Made by a program: the position numbers and the translations under genes
Shown here: in pieces, positions 25,761-40,120 of the stretch
Layout of the letters: every line of letters begins with the position of its first letter
Numbering within the stretch: position 1 is the first letter of the stretch
Notes under the pieces: model-generated
What the model was told of the DNA's origin: nothing
The model's input: the letters and a program-made list of their open reading frames with translations, nothing else
Databases searched by the model: none
From: Camelus dromedarius
Lineage: Eukaryota
Reading direction: 5' to 3'
Assembly (NCBI RefSeq): GCF_036321535.1
Contig: NC_087438.1
Span: 9,922,001-9,986,000 of the forward strand
DNA: 64,000 nucleotides

Positions 25761-28700
25761 CTGCCCAACAGTAAGCTTGGAGTCCATTGAGATCTTTGAA
25801 TCACTTCTTTGAACAATGAGTAACTTGAAACCGTATCAAAAGAGAAAGCAGAGAAGCCACAGCTCGAAATAATTTGCAGAGGAAATTCCGTCTGTCTTTG
25901 TCTAAACAACTTTGTGTGCACAATTACCTGCCAGCATCATGACGAATTGTGACTGATTGTCAGAGAGGTTCACTGTAACCCAGTGCAGCCATTTCCTCCC
26001 CATAAAGAAGCTTATTCATATGCAAATTGCAAAAGATGTCCATAAATTACTTGTATTCACACAGTTGTACATACAAATAAACCGAGGTCATTCATTCTTC
26101 ATGACCAAACATTTCGATCATCCTTCCTTTAAAGACAGGATGGGAAATCACAGCCCACATGATCTGAGAGATCTCATCCATGTGATTTCTCTCAACCAGA
26201 TGAATAAAAGGCAGGACGTTTAAGGCTGGGCATGTTGAATCCAGAATTGCTTGAAACTCAAGTGTCAGGAACTCAAATCCCATCAGGTCATGCAAGGATA
26301 AATCAGGAAATAGGGAACCCATCCCACCAAATCCTGCTAATCAGCCTCACAAGACACTCACTTGAAAGCCAGGATGCTAATTTGGTACTGACACCTACTG
26401 CTAATTTGGATGCTAATTTGGTGTCTGCACTTGGGAGGTTCACCTGCTCAACAGCAAACACTAGGGCATGGCCTCCATATGCAGAGTTAACAGAGAGACA
26501 GAATTCAGATCTGAATATTATTTGGTAAGCCAAGCACTAGAGCACAAGAAATTAGAGTTTATTTATGGGATACTTTCTAAATCAACCTCTGGGTATTGGT
26601 AAGTGGCTATTTTCTGTTCTAACGATGAAGACTGTCTAGACTAGAAGTCATTCTCCTCCATGCGGTGTCGAAAGGTCACAAGCAAATCGCAGTATTTTCT
26701 CATCCTCCTTGCTCAGCATCTAAGTATCAGTCCTGAGACTCCTCTGTCAACACGTGACCTCAGGACAGAGGTCACAATTCATTATGTGACCGCTGATCCT
26801 TCATTAGTTACACTGAAATTGGCGCTTTCCTGATGGTATTTCGGGCACCATCCTCATTTCATCAGTAGCCGTTTACAACGTATCTCTTGGGAAGAGTTAC
26901 TTTCTGGGATGATTTCCACAGATGGCTGATGGCATTCATTCCACGTCTGGCAGGCGTCACCATGGCTCTCATGAGGCTTTGCAGTAAACTGCAAAGTCTT
27001 CCAGCCTCTGTGGCTGGATTTCAGCCTCCTTTGGGCAAAAAAGAGGCAGTAGGTATCTTAAGGGATCCCCTTGAATGAAGGAGGCTCCCAGAGGATTGTC
27101 ATTAAGCAGCACAGAGTAAAGCACAAGCCTGAATCTGCATCTGACCACCTGCCCCCTAATGGCCAGCCTGCGACGAAACTGGTTTCTGGTCACTGGAGAA
27201 GAGTTAGCAAATGCTGCTCAGCGAGAGACTCAGAAGGGTCTTCCTATGAGCAGTTTCCACCAGGCAAAGGCTTCTGTGGGCAAGTCTCCTCCTTTAAGAA
27301 CTTTTAAGCCAAAGTCCTCCAGCCCCATCTGCTTGGACGATGCACTGTTCCAGGCTGAGAATATCGTCCATTCACAAATCTTAAACCAGACATAATGAGA
27401 AAACAAGAGTGGGCAGTGGGCCACATGTAGGCAGGAGACTTCATCCAGAAACCCAAGTATCTTCAGGCAAAGTTTAAAGTTCCACTTTCATTCATTCATT
27501 CATTCATTCAGCAAATATGAGTACCTTTTAAGGGGCCAGGCACTGTACTACATACTAAGCACAGAGCAGCTAATTAACATCCACACTTAATCACACATTA
27601 AAAAAATATTAATTGTAGGATGCATAATTATTTTATGGAACACTCAAAGAGAAAAGACAAAATGCTGCCAATTACACTTATAAATACAACTTCAATTTTA
27701 AGTTGCATTCTGAATTCACAGATGTTAAAATGTGGAAAGGTGTATCTCAGAATCATCGCCATCGTTCCTGCCTTCACTGGGGGAAGATGTAAAATAAATA
27801 GAGCATAAATGAATACATAATTCTAAATAAAATACGATTGCAGATTGTGGAAAGTATCATTAAAAAAGAAAAGAAGGTGCTTCTCTTGGATCTGTGTTCC
27901 AAATTATTGCCATTTTTTACCATTTAATACATTTTACGCTTACATTCCAAACTGGGAAATTTCCTGAACTCATCCCTAAATTATGAAGAGTCACCTACTT
28001 TGGGTCTTGCAGACCCATGTGTACCACCTACGCCATGTGATGTAATAGAAAAGTGTCAGCCCTGGGGACAGACAGGCCTGGATTTAAAACCCAGCTCTGT
28101 CCTCTCTGAGCTCTATGACATCAGAGCTTTGGTTTCCTAAAGTGTGCCCTAGAAATACACCCACCTGCCTAACTCACTTGCGATGGTTTAAATTTACGTA
28201 AAACTCCTGGACCCCTACAGGCACCTAATACATGAAAATTATGACTCTATTCTTTAATTGCAAAAAAGTTAAGACTACAATCCATGACAGTATCAATGTA
28301 GGGGACAAATTCCCAAGGAATTTAACCTAACCCACAAGTTCCAATCAAAAGCTGTTGGGAAATTTTGCCCTTGATTTCTGAGTATGTCCCAAGAAAAAGA
28401 GTGGATCCAGATTTTATCAGTTACCATCGACACATTTTTTTCATGGATTTCCACCTCTAAGAATGTCTTACTGAGGCCCAGCAGAATCAAACACATTCAT
28501 CAGTTTAATAGCCTTGTAAACAATGATACAGGGGGGCAGCATATAAAAATGCTGAATGAGTTCAGTGGGATGAGAAAGTACCATATTTCACCCATTCTGA
28601 GTTGCACATTTTTTCCCTTCTTACCACGTTGAAATTGGATGCATCTGATATGCACCCTCATAGCTGTTGGTTGAGAGCAATCCTGACACAGGTGTCATTG

Positions 28701-29337
28701 CCAGAGTTGTGCAGACTCAGCTGCCACTCTGAGCGGCATGACAAGGCCACTCTAGCACCCTGATGTCACAGGCAACAAACAATTCAACATCCAACTGAGG
28801 AAGGAGTGTGTGTACCAGCTGTTTTCTGAAAATCTTCCACTGACACCTTCTGGGAAGATCAAGAAAACACCAGCATTGCAGCTTACAGAATGGATGACAG
28901 CAGATGGAAAGAAAATCCCAGAAGAGGCAGACCCTGAGTGTGAAAAAGGTTTCGAAATTTCTTAACCAATGCATTGCACCTGTATTTGCATGGGTGCACA
29001 AGGGTGGACATATAATTTTTTTCATCTGTTTAATTCAGTTTGAAAGCGCTTTTTCAATTACAATAAATAACAATTCTAAGAAAGCAATGCATCCTACTTT
29101 AATCAACAGCTGTTTTTCTATCTTAGTGGTAAAGGGAACAGTGGCATGTCTTTTATCTGACGCTGGCTTAGCTCAGATAAAATACAGGTTTATGACAGCT
29201 AATGAACAAAGAGAGCTTCTTGGAGAAGGTAGGATTTAAGTCAAGCTTTAAGGGAGAATAAGATTCAAATAAAGGTAGGGCATAATACAGAGGGCGAAAT
29301 ATTACAAGCAAAGCACCAAGGTTGGAATTCAAAAGAG

Positions 29338-29482
29338 AGCTTCATATGTGGAATCTAAAATAAAAGGACACAAGTGAACTTATCTACAAAATAGAAACAG
29401 ACTCACAGACACAGAGAACAAACGTATGATTGCCAGGGGGTTAAAAGGGTGGGAAGGGGTAAATCAGGAGTTTGAAATTTGT
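29338..29482 (+). mobile_element. L1 3'UTR fragment
   Basis: atatgtggaatctaaaa...gaaacagactcacagaca...ggagtttgaaatttg. Confidence 0.7.
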
Positions 29483-32400
29483 ACCTCTAACATGAGTGAT
29501 TAACCTCTGAATGGTAAGCTGAGGCTGAACTTTGGTTGTTAACCTAACTAGCTGGCCCTTGTTGGCATCAGAAAGTCACTGAAAAGCACAACTGATGGAA
29601 GAGTTGAGTAGGAAGATTATGCTGAAGGACTAGAGTGAAGAGAGACTGAAGTCAAACTCCTGGGCAGGAGGAAACATAGGATTTGATGGAGGGATGGAGA
29701 GTGGTCACCAGAGTCTCTCAAAAACAAACAAGCTACCCCTAAGCTCCTCCTACAAAGAAATCCTGGTTGAAGAAGGAACGGAAGGAATAGAGAGATAGAA
29801 TCTGACCACTGGCAGTGGAGAAAAGTAGACGCAGTTGTCAAAGACGATTCCACTGTGTTGAGCACAGGTAAAGTGAAGAATCATAGCAACGCACACGGGA
29901 ATGGGGTTATCTAGAGAAACAGAGCGTGCTGGAGACTACGTGACTAACGAAATCTGAATAAAGCTCTGATTCTTTACTTTTCCTACTGGTCTTTTCATCT
30001 TGAAACCATGAAGGTCAATATACACAAGACCAAAAAATCCAATACCTTTTTCTTTATTTCTAATTTCATAATATAAAGAAAAAACTCATAAACAAAAGAA
30101 AATGAACCAATCATACATTGATTCAATAATTATTTGAGCTGCCTCCCCTCAAAAAAAAATAATAATTTTAAAAGCTTCAAATGAAGTGGTGTGGTTTGTT
30201 GATTTTTTGCCATTTCCATGAGTTGAAATTGTACAACAAATGCTTAAAAAAGATGCACAGGTTTCTTGATGCCTCATGCGTAAAAATTCAAGAGCAGAAG
30301 AAGGAAACACAGGTGAAATCTCAGAGGGGGACACAGAAAGCAGGCGCATTCAGAGTACAGCCTACCCTAAGCAGAACGTCTAAGTTCTGCAGGCAAAGAT
30401 TGGAAGAGAGATGCTCGATGCTAAATGCACATTCCAGACGTTATTTTGTATAGTACCTTTCAAGTGGACAGTGTACGAATCAGGAATTTGGGGCACTGAG
30501 AGCAGGTTACACATACAGCAAGAAAACCTCAGGAACCCACCCCCCCGACTTCTGTCCTTGTCTTCCTCCTGGTTCCACCTCCACGAATCTGAAACAGTGT
30601 TGTCCTGGCTTTGGGAAGCCACGTTTTTGATCCTGACTCCCATATACGGGTTGGTCATGTGACGTTGATAAACCACCAGCCACACTGGCCCATGAAGTAG
30701 GTGGCCAGGTGACCTTACAGGCACCGTCCAGCTCCAAACAAGATGCATGAGCTAAGTGAGTGATCCCTGCCACTTGGATCCCACGCACACAGCGTACTTA
30801 AAGTAACTGAAACATCGTCTCACCATCAATTCTACCCAGCCAGTCTGACAACATGGCATACGAAACACTGGAAGGATTATGATAACATCTGGAATGACGT
30901 TGATCACTTTAATGCTGCAGCTCTGTGACATCTTTGACAATATTGTTTTCCCCGTGGAAAATTTTTTCCCATTCTAGATGCCCAATCTTGAACAAATGAT
31001 GCTCTCTGGACCATAATGCTTGTTCTCTGTATATAAAGCTGTGGTGCTTTATAAGATTCCCTTCCCAAACCTAAACACAACCTCAGATGCTCTGAGTGAA
31101 TATGTGGATATCAAATCTTGGTGCAAATGACAGAGTTCGTGGTAGTAAGCCCTTCTCACATCCTGCTTTGGGGTCGCAGCTTAGTATGGTTATAATTTTT
31201 CATGTTAATCCTTTCCAGACTACATTGCCAACCTCAGTTATCCCAGTTACTCCTTGTTTAAGACCAAAATTTTAGCATCATTTCACACAAGTGAGAAAAA
31301 TAACACTTCTCTAATTAGAATCTTGTCTGTAGTTAGAATCTGAAGCAGCAGCTTGGAAATGATCCCGTGGCTTAATTATGTGTTCTTTGAGAAATCGGAG
31401 GTCCAAACAAATATATGGCCAGTATTAAGTAGAGAGATATGAAGAGAACCCTCATCGATGCGATCATTCTTGCTCTGTGAAAGCAGCAGACACGAATGAT
31501 CTTCACCTTCAAGTTGCCTTTTATTTGCTATCGTTCCTCACATGGGCGTTCTAAGGCACCAAGCCGTGATCATTTTCCCAAATGTAAAGGAACAGAAACT
31601 TCAGCTCATATTCCCTCCTTTTGGTTTCTGATTTAGTTTATCAGGTATTTACATAGGAGGAAAATATATTTCATTGCATAAGTCACTGCCCATCCCAAGA
31701 TCTGGTCTCTGGCATTGAAGATGTCGAGAACCAGTGAGTAATACTGAGAAACCCCTCAGCTCACAGGCACCCACTCCTGCTGACTCACCAGCAGACACAC
31801 ACAGCCTGCAGGAACCCAAGACTCCAGCTGCAGAAATGAGGATGGGGGCCCAAGGGCCACGGGAGCATCACTTTGAGGGCCATCAGCTGTTGTCACAGTG
31901 GTGCTTGTTTTGTTCAATAGAGGAAGAAAAATGTAGAGTCAGGTTCACCAGCAAACATAAAAATTCTCACTTAATCCTGCATCTAGTGCTTTCCTCTGGT
32001 GCTAAAATATCAAAAAATGGTCATCCCAAAATCTCGTTCCTTTTTTTCAGAGAATAAAGTAAGTCAAACATCATCTGATGCAAAATCAAATCCTAATATT
32101 AGGGATTATCAGTTGATTCACTCAAGAGACCTCTTCTAAAAGCAATAAAAAAAAAATAGCACATCCCAGGGCTTCAAATATCAAAAGCACATTAACTGGC
32201 CACCATCATGGAGAACTTCCCAATGTATGATAGCTTAACTCTGCAAATCTTCATTTAATAGGATATTTATCATAAATAAATACAAGCCCATGGAAATAAT
32301 CAAGACATATTTATAAACACCAACAGTCAGCACTCACACCCACGCCAAGGGGTCTGGCAGTAAATTGAGATGCACTGGTCCATGAGACAGAAAATCTTTT

Positions 32401-33296
32401 GATTATAAGAATGTGATCAAATATAATGTATATGTGCCATCAAACTGCAATAATTCTACCTAATAAAACTGAAAAAGGGGGGAAAAAAGAACGTGATCAG
32501 ATACAGAAAATCCATTTATCTGAAGCCAAGTGGTAATTTCTGGAAAGAAAGTTTTGTCTCTCTGTGAAAAGCTTTAAGGAAAGGCTTGGGGAGACATTAA
32601 AGGAAGATGTGTCCCAGGGCCAAGAATGATTTGATCACTTCATAAAGAAAGGAGCTGACAGAAGACCAGAGTTCAAGGGGAGACTCAGATGCCTTGCTTT
32701 TGGTGACCTCTGACCTCCACCAAGACCACTGCAGACTCTTAGAGGTCTGCGATGGATCGGTCTGTACCACAGCTATATTTGTGCTGCTCATTAAGTGAAT
32801 GAAGAACGGTTCTATTTATAACCTCATCCAGGAGTTAATTAGGTCTTTAAACCCCAAACAACCTACAGTCGAAAAAGAGTACTCTGCTATCAACAGAGCA
32901 CAATTTACTTTGCCAAAGAAGACAAAAATAACCCAATTTATTTACCTGTTAGTGTCTTCTATACTTCACCTTTCTTAAAGACCATAACATAACTTGTAAT
33001 AAATGTCGTTACTGCCTATAGATTTCACAAGACAAATCTCAAACGCTGCTGTTTCCTTTAATAACAAAAGTGCGAAAGTATCATTTCAGTGAGCAAACAT
33101 GAACTCTGCTATTGCATACATAAAGAATAAATTCATTTTATTGCTAACAAAACTAAATTATATAAACACTATGCAGACCGAATGTTCTTTCAAAGCTTCT
33201 TTAAGAGGAGTTTCCAAGCTTACTTCTTACCAAAACCAGCACCACAACTTTCCTGACAGAGCAGGGATAAAAGGACACCCAATTAATATTAACAGA

Positions 33297-33390
33297 GGGG
33301 GGATGGATATAGCTCAGTGGTAGAACACATGCTTAGTATGCACAAGGTCTTGAGTTCAATCCCCAGTACCGCCATTAAAAAATATATATG
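33297..33390 (+). mobile_element. tRNA-derived SINE (Vic-1-like), short form
   Basis: A-box TAGCTCAGTGG, B-box AGTTCAATCC, AT-rich tail. Confidence 0.85.
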
Positions 33391-34301
33391 TATACTAATA
33401 GATACACATACATTTCCTACCATAAGTACATTTCACAGTGCTCTATAATGCAACATCTCATTCCTGCTTCTTAATTGCAAGCTTCCTGACTTTCCATCTG
33501 TCATTAACTCTTCCACTGAAAACAGTGAACATTGGGCCCTGTATTTAAGGGTAGCGCCCCAGACAGATTAAAACAGCCAAGGAAATGGCACAATTAATTA
33601 CACAAACTAACTTCCATTGATTGAATTAAGTGCCATTATTATGGAGGCATAAATGGTCCAGGTATGAAAACATGTAGCCCAGGATAAGGCAAGGTTTGTG
33701 AAAACGCAGCCCTTGCCTGGTGATTCAGTGTCAGGCATGAAATTAATCTGAACAATTTCTTTCAACCGTTTTAACTTTCAAACACGACATCATCCAAAAC
33801 GTGGGAAAGTTCCTGTTTAATAGGAACCGAAGATGCAAAGAAAGACCCTTTCTTTGGATTGTGTAACCCCTGTCCCAGGTGGTAAGGAAATTAATTCCAT
33901 ATTTTAGGTGTGAGTGAAGAAAAAGTGTTATACATTTTAAGAGAACGTTTTAGTATAGCTCATTAATCTCATCAAAGTCAACCGTTTTTTGAGCTTCTCT
34001 GATACACCCAACACAATGTTATTCAAGTATAAGATACAAAGAGTTCATAATCTAGCAAAGGAGATACAACCTGAATTAGCCAATGATAAAGCACTAAATT
34101 GTAAGACCCTATCAAAGTATATTGGAATCCATGCTGCTGTATCAAGATCATGAGTCAATGTATGCAAAATATACCCCTAATATGCAGTAAGGTTGAAAAG
34201 ATTTAGAAAAGAACTTTTTATAAAACTCAGCTTTGAAATTAGTCTAAATTACTCAACTAAAGTGGAAGCAATAGTACACCTAAAAACTAAGGGAAAAATT
34301 A

Positions 34302-34445
34302 GGGGGAGGGTATAGCTCAGTGGTGGAGTGAGCTGCTTAGCATGCATGAGGTCCTGGGTTCAATCCCCAGTACCTCCATTAAAAATAAATAAAGAAGCCT
34401 AATTACCTATCCCCCAAGAGTTTAAAAAAAAAAAGAAAGAAAAAA
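34302..34445 (+). mobile_element. tRNA-derived SINE (Vic-1-like), long form
   Basis: GGGGGAGGGTATAGCTCAGTGG...GGTTCAATCCCCAGTACCTCC, then CCTAATTACC extension and A tail; degenerate TSD ctaaggg(g)aaaa. Confidence 0.87.
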
Positions 34446-35914
34446 GAACCTAAGGGGAAAAGTACAGAGCTAAAAAAAAGTCTGTACCATTTTCCTTTCA
34501 TAAAATAAAGGAAAAACATGTTCCTGCAGGGAGTGTTCTGAAAGGGAGCTAGAGCAGGCCAGGAGAAAACATGTTCTCTCTGCGTTTCCATTTTCTTCCT
34601 CTCCTTTTCCCAAAGCAAAGTGTTAACATTTGCATCTGCTCCAACAGAAAATTCTAGAAGGAGGACAGCATCTGTCTGTTCCCCATAAAATCAGCCTGGC
34701 ATTCGTAGCACTGCCACCTGCTGAGTAAGGCCTGTTCCACCTTCTACATCTGGTTCTTCCTCATTCTCCCTTAACCCCCCTCCGCAATCTGCTTCAGTCT
34801 CCCTCCCTTCTTATCCCAAAGCCCAAAGGAGAATCATCTCTCAGCCAAATCGCATGTGTTCTCTTTCACGTCATCACTGATCTTCTTGCCACTCCTGAGC
34901 ATGATTTTGAAACAAATCAGGGTCAGACCGTCAGCCTGAAGACCAAGGCAGACCACCAGAGCATTACTTTGGCAAGTGGGTTTCCCAGCCAAACAATGGA
35001 AGGAAGAAAACCAGGGGCGCCCAACTGCTTATTCCATCAGAACAACAAAGCAAAGAAAAACAAAAACTGAAGGTGTTAATTCACTGAGTGATGTAGAGCA
35101 ATGGGAGAAAATCTATTGCTTTTCAAATCCAGAAAATACACAAAGCTGAAAGCCACAACCTCCTAAGAGAAAATATGAGGCAATTATGACTAAAAGAACT
35201 ATAGCGGAAGGCAATTTTTCTCCAAACTATGATCTTCATTTGGGAATTACATTTCTCCTTTTTTTTTTTTTTAAGAAAATTAATGAAATGGAAAACATCT
35301 CTAAGTCACAAAAGTTTGTCCTGCAGGAAGTTTTCCAAGTGGTAAGCAGTCTATCTGGCTTTATTTTTCTCTAATTAGTTCCATTCAACTCTTGTAGAGA
35401 TGAAATCTCATTAAACCAGGTCAAAACTCTTATTCAATGTTAAAATTTTATTCTGATATGTATGGAAAAGCAAGACTTGGGGAGGGGAGGTCCTGGCCAA
35501 AAATATGCAACAATGAAGAGAGAAAAGAGCTTCAAGCCACTTCCTGCCCTTTCCTGCAGACCTCCACCTTGTGCAAGGACATCATCCATCGTCCGCTCCT
35601 GCCAGTGGGGGCCCATGCTCTTCTCCAGATGTAACCTCCAGAATCTGTCTGAAACACACTGCCCTCTTTCTGTGCAGGTCAAAGTCCCATTCATGTGTCA
35701 GGGATGTGTCCTCGTGTTCCTTCCTCTGTGGAGTCCTTCCTGAATCTCAGGCTTCCCTCCTCTGAAATTCTATTGCTCATTCCTTGATTCTAATAGTTTC
35801 ATGCTAAATAATCATTATATTTCAGAAATATAATTATTTGTACTAGGATGTTTTTAAAACAAGGATTTTGAATATTATGATTAGTACTGCATCTGACACA
35901 CAACACGTGATCAT

Positions 35915-36373
35915 TTTGTTATTGAAGGAGATTTACAATGTTGTGTTAGATTCTGGTGTACAGCAAAGTGATTCAGTTACATATATAATTTTTCAGGTTA
36001 TTTTCTATTATAGGTTATCACAAGATATTGAATATAGTTCCCTGTGCTATACAGTTAAGTCCTTGTTGCTTATCTATTTTATATATAGTAGTGTGTATGT
36101 GTTAATCCCAAACTCCTAATTTATGCCTCCCCCTCTTTCCCCTTTGGTAACCATAAGTTTGTTTTCTACATCAGTGTGTCTATTTCTGGCTTGTAAATAA
36201 GTTCATTTGTATCACATTTTTTTAGACTCTACATATACATATAAGTGATACCATATGATACTTGTCTTTTTGTCTTACTTCATTTAATATGGTAATCTCT
36301 AGGTCCATTCATGTTGCTGCAAATGGCATTATTTCATTCTTTTTTATGGCTGAGTAGTACTCCATTGTGTGCG

Positions 36374-36406
<33 letters not shown>

Positions 36407-36640
36407 CACACCTTCTTTATCCATTCATCTGTCAGTGGACATTTAGGTTGCTTCTATGTCTCGGCTATTGTAAACAGTGCTGCTTTCAACATTGAGATGC
36501 ATGTATCCTTTCAAATTAGAGTTTTCTCTGGACATATGCCCAGGAGTGGGACTGCTGGATCATCTGGTAACTGTATTTTTAGTTTTTTAAGGAACTTCCA
36601 TGCTGTCCTCCATAGTGGCTGCACCAATTTACATTCCCAT
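35915..36640 (-). mobile_element. L1 3' end (cetartiodactyl type) with internal (TG)n
   Basis: Antisense match to the L1 copies at 52.4 and 55 kb. Confidence 0.88.
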
Positions 36641-37580
36641 TACATCATAAGTGATAATTTTTTAATTAACCTATACTGCATATAGTAATAAACTAAAAAT
36701 GATGTTTCTTTCTGTTAAGTAGTAACTCTATTTTTCTAACTCTCTTGAAGGTGTTGTTTTTCATGCCATCATTGTTCTCATTCTTGTTGTTGTTGTTCTT
36801 TTTTAATTTGTTGTGTCGGTGGTAATAGTGGTGTTTGGGGTTGCAGTAGAATCATTGAAAAATGTGAAAGGCAGATTCCAGCCCCTCCTGTAAGAGTCAC
36901 TTTTCCTCCTCTGTGCCTATGTTAAATAGAGGGTGTATACTTGTTTATTCTGCATTTCTACTTTCCTCAATTAACCCAGACTGAAGCTAGAGGTTTATAC
37001 CACAATCAGCTCTTACACATTTTCTTGCATGGAAATATACAAGCAGGTGCTCTTTTTTTTATTATCATTCTACCGAATGATTATCAAATGCGATAGAACT
37101 GCAATTTAGAATTTTGTGAACTGAATTATTTATTAGAGTGAATTTCAATACACTAAGCATCAACTTACCATCGCTCAGAGCCATCAGCTAAGGTTTACAA
37201 ATACTTTCCTTACAGGGAATTGTTGTCGCAGTAGTGTTTGTACTACGGGAATGTCAAGTTGGTAAAGCTCTACTATTAATAATCGATCAGGAGACGCATG
37301 AAGGGAGCACCGTGCCTGCGATCAACAGGCTTTGGCTTATCAGACTTTTTTTCTTTTCTTTTCAAAAAGAAATCCTCCGAATTCCAGTTACAAGATTTAC
37401 AGCATTTCAATCGTATGCCCTATAAAATCTTATGTTCGGAGGTTAATAAAATGAGATTAATCCAGAGATACCACATGTTGGGTTCTTTTCTTTTTTCTTT
37501 TCAAGCACAGAACATTAGATGATGCAATCTAAGCTCTGAAAAGGGGGTGAGGGGGTTGGAAACGGCTACTAGTGGAGGTT

Positions 37581-37600
37581 AGCTGCCATCTAGCGGCTGG
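37581..37600 (-). promoter_or_regulatory. Candidate CTCF site
   Basis: Minus strand CCAGCCGCTAGATGGCAGCT closely matches the CTCF core motif. Confidence 0.55.
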
Positions 37601-38163
37601 AAGTGTAATTCACCCAAACCCATTGCCACAAGAGCTAAGGAAATGCAGAACTCAGACCCGTGTCTCATAAGAACATAAAAGGCTATCAGTAATCTACATT
37701 ACTGTCTCATATTTACATAAAGACAGGTGGGCAAATGATGGGCAAATGAGTGAATGCTTTAATGGAAGAAAAGCCAAAGTATCCTCGTTTAAAATTCTAA
37801 ACCAAAAGTAACTTACCTTTATGTTCAAATTGTTTCCCTTTCAAAAATTCCCAACTTAGAAACTTTGCCTAGCTACATCATATGAGCTAAACAAGATGAT
37901 GAAGTGATTACCAGTGACAAAGCAGACCTGACCGCCTGGGAGACAGCACACTGAGAGGCAAAAATTTTGATATCAGTCTCTCAAGAAGAAAACCATGCAA
38001 ATACATCCATATGGTGATCACAATATTGGTCCAGATACTTAGTGAGTTCACGTTGAATGATTTGGATCATTTTCATTTACATAAAATGTAATACCATCCT
38101 CATTTAAAACCCTTACCCTCCTTTAAACACTTCTAATACTAATGTTTTTAAATACAGCTTTGA

Positions 38164-38399
38164 GGGGGCGGGAGGTGGGAAGGGACAGACTGGGATTTCA
38201 AAATGTAGAATAGATAAACAAGATTATACTGTATAGCACAGGGAAATATATACAAGATCTTTTGGTAGCTCACAGCAGAAAAAAAAATGTGACAATGAAT
38301 ATATGTATGTTCATGTATAACTGAAAAATTGTGCTGAACACTGGAATTTGACACAACGTTGTAAAATGATTATAACTCAATAAAAAATGTTAAAATAAA
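38164..38399 (+). mobile_element. Young 5'-truncated L1 3' end
   Basis: L1 3'UTR with a perfect 15-bp TSD TAAATACAGCTTTGA at 38149-38163 and 38400-38414. Confidence 0.88.
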
Positions 38400-38419
38400 T
38401 AAATACAGCTTTGATGCTT

Positions 38420-39635
38420 ATTTATTACAAAAATAATGCACATTTATCGTGAAAAATGTAAAAAAAAAAAAGAAGTAAATATCACCATAATCTGAGAATG
38501 ACTAACAGCCTGCTTTCTTTGACAAATGCACTGGTTCCCATTTCTCCTTTCTTAAGAAAAAAAAAAGTATTTTTATATGTATATATACACATACATACAC
38601 ATATATGTATATGTGTATATGCATGTGTGCACCTGTATTTTTAGTTTACAAGGTATTATGAAAATTTTCTCATGTTAATGAATAGTCTTTAAAATACGAT
38701 TTAATGGCTACATATTGTATTGGTCAGACAGGTCTTCATTTGTTTAGGCAATACTTTTTTTAACTTTTAGATTTGTTCCAATTTTTTACTGTTGTAAACA
38801 ATAATACAATGAACATCTCTGTGGGAAAATCCTTGTATGGGTCTCTGCTTATTTATTTCACTAAATAATTAGAAAAAAATATTCCTTAAAAATTATATGC
38901 ATTGGTTCCCATGAGAAACTTAGTTAATTTTGCTACATCTCTGTCTGCATGACAGACAGGGAATGGTTAAGTCTCTGTTACCCCATTGCTAGTTTCATCT
39001 TCAAGTCTTCGACAGTAGTGAAACTCAACATTTCTTACGTGTTTATTGGACATCTGGCAGGGGTGGGGGGAGTTGTAAGTGAATTTCCTGTTCATGTTCC
39101 TTTCTCTTTTTCTCCTGGTGATTTTCTATCTATTGATTTGCAATCTCTTTTTAAGACTGGATGAAGACACAGCACACATACAGAAAATAAATAGCTGCTT
39201 CAATACTACTATCAATAAAGTAGAACTAACAACAAAAGCCTTAAAGATTTGGCCCAAGGCAAGCATTTGATTTTTATAAAGGGTATAATCCACTATGAGT
39301 TTATGGTAGCTGTGTACTGAAAAACAGTCCTAAAATAAAGTAAGCAAAACCTGTTAGAAATACAGGCAACATTAACAGAAAGACCATAATAAAATGATGT
39401 TCTAATAGAACGTTTTAATACATTAAATACATTAAACCTTATATTCCCCAAATAATACTATTCTTTTAAAGTGCTGTAGACAATCAACAAAAATTAATCA
39501 TTTATTAGAACACACAAACCACACAAGGCACAATCTCTAACAATAATGTTGTAAATTGGAAATTAATCAGGAAGGAATTTTATGTCTTTCAACTGCTTTA
39601 AAGTTTAGGAAAAGTTCTTTTAAATTGCTATTGGA
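38420..39635. mobile_element. Decayed ancient L1 fragments in both orientations
   Basis: Antisense L1ME-like 3' sequence (gtttccaatttt...aatacaatgaacatc) followed by A-rich sense ORF2-like sequence. Confidence 0.45.
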
Positions 39636-39929
39636 TCCTTGCAGAACTCCAAACCACAAATGCAGATCCTTTGGAACGTAGTAAATCCCACTAAAGACTC
39701 AAGAGGGCCGAACAGCAGACAGAGGGGAGAGAGCATTCACTCCCAGTGTCCCGTGATCGCAGGGCAGCCAGCTTCGGGAGAGGGGTGCTCCCGGTCTTTC
39801 AGGACCAGCCCAGAGCCCGCAAGTCCCCGGAGTCTTGGAGAGAAGAGACGGGGCACAAAGGCGAATCCAGGGCAGAGAGAACAGGGAGAACTGGAGGTGG
39901 TCTCACCACCCAAGGACTCCTTATTCATT

Positions 39930-40120
39930 CTTTTTTTTTTTATATATATATATTGAATTATAGTCAGTTTACAATATTGTGTCAATGTCTGGTGTACAGC
40001 ACAATTCATCAGTCACATACAAATACACATATACTCAATTTCATATTCTTTTTCACTGTGAGCTACTATAAGATATTGACTATATTTTCCTGTGCCATAC
40101 AGTATAATTTTGTTTCTCTA
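39930..40120 (-). mobile_element. L1 3'-terminal fragment
   Basis: Antisense copy of the 38.2 kb type 3' end. Confidence 0.8.
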
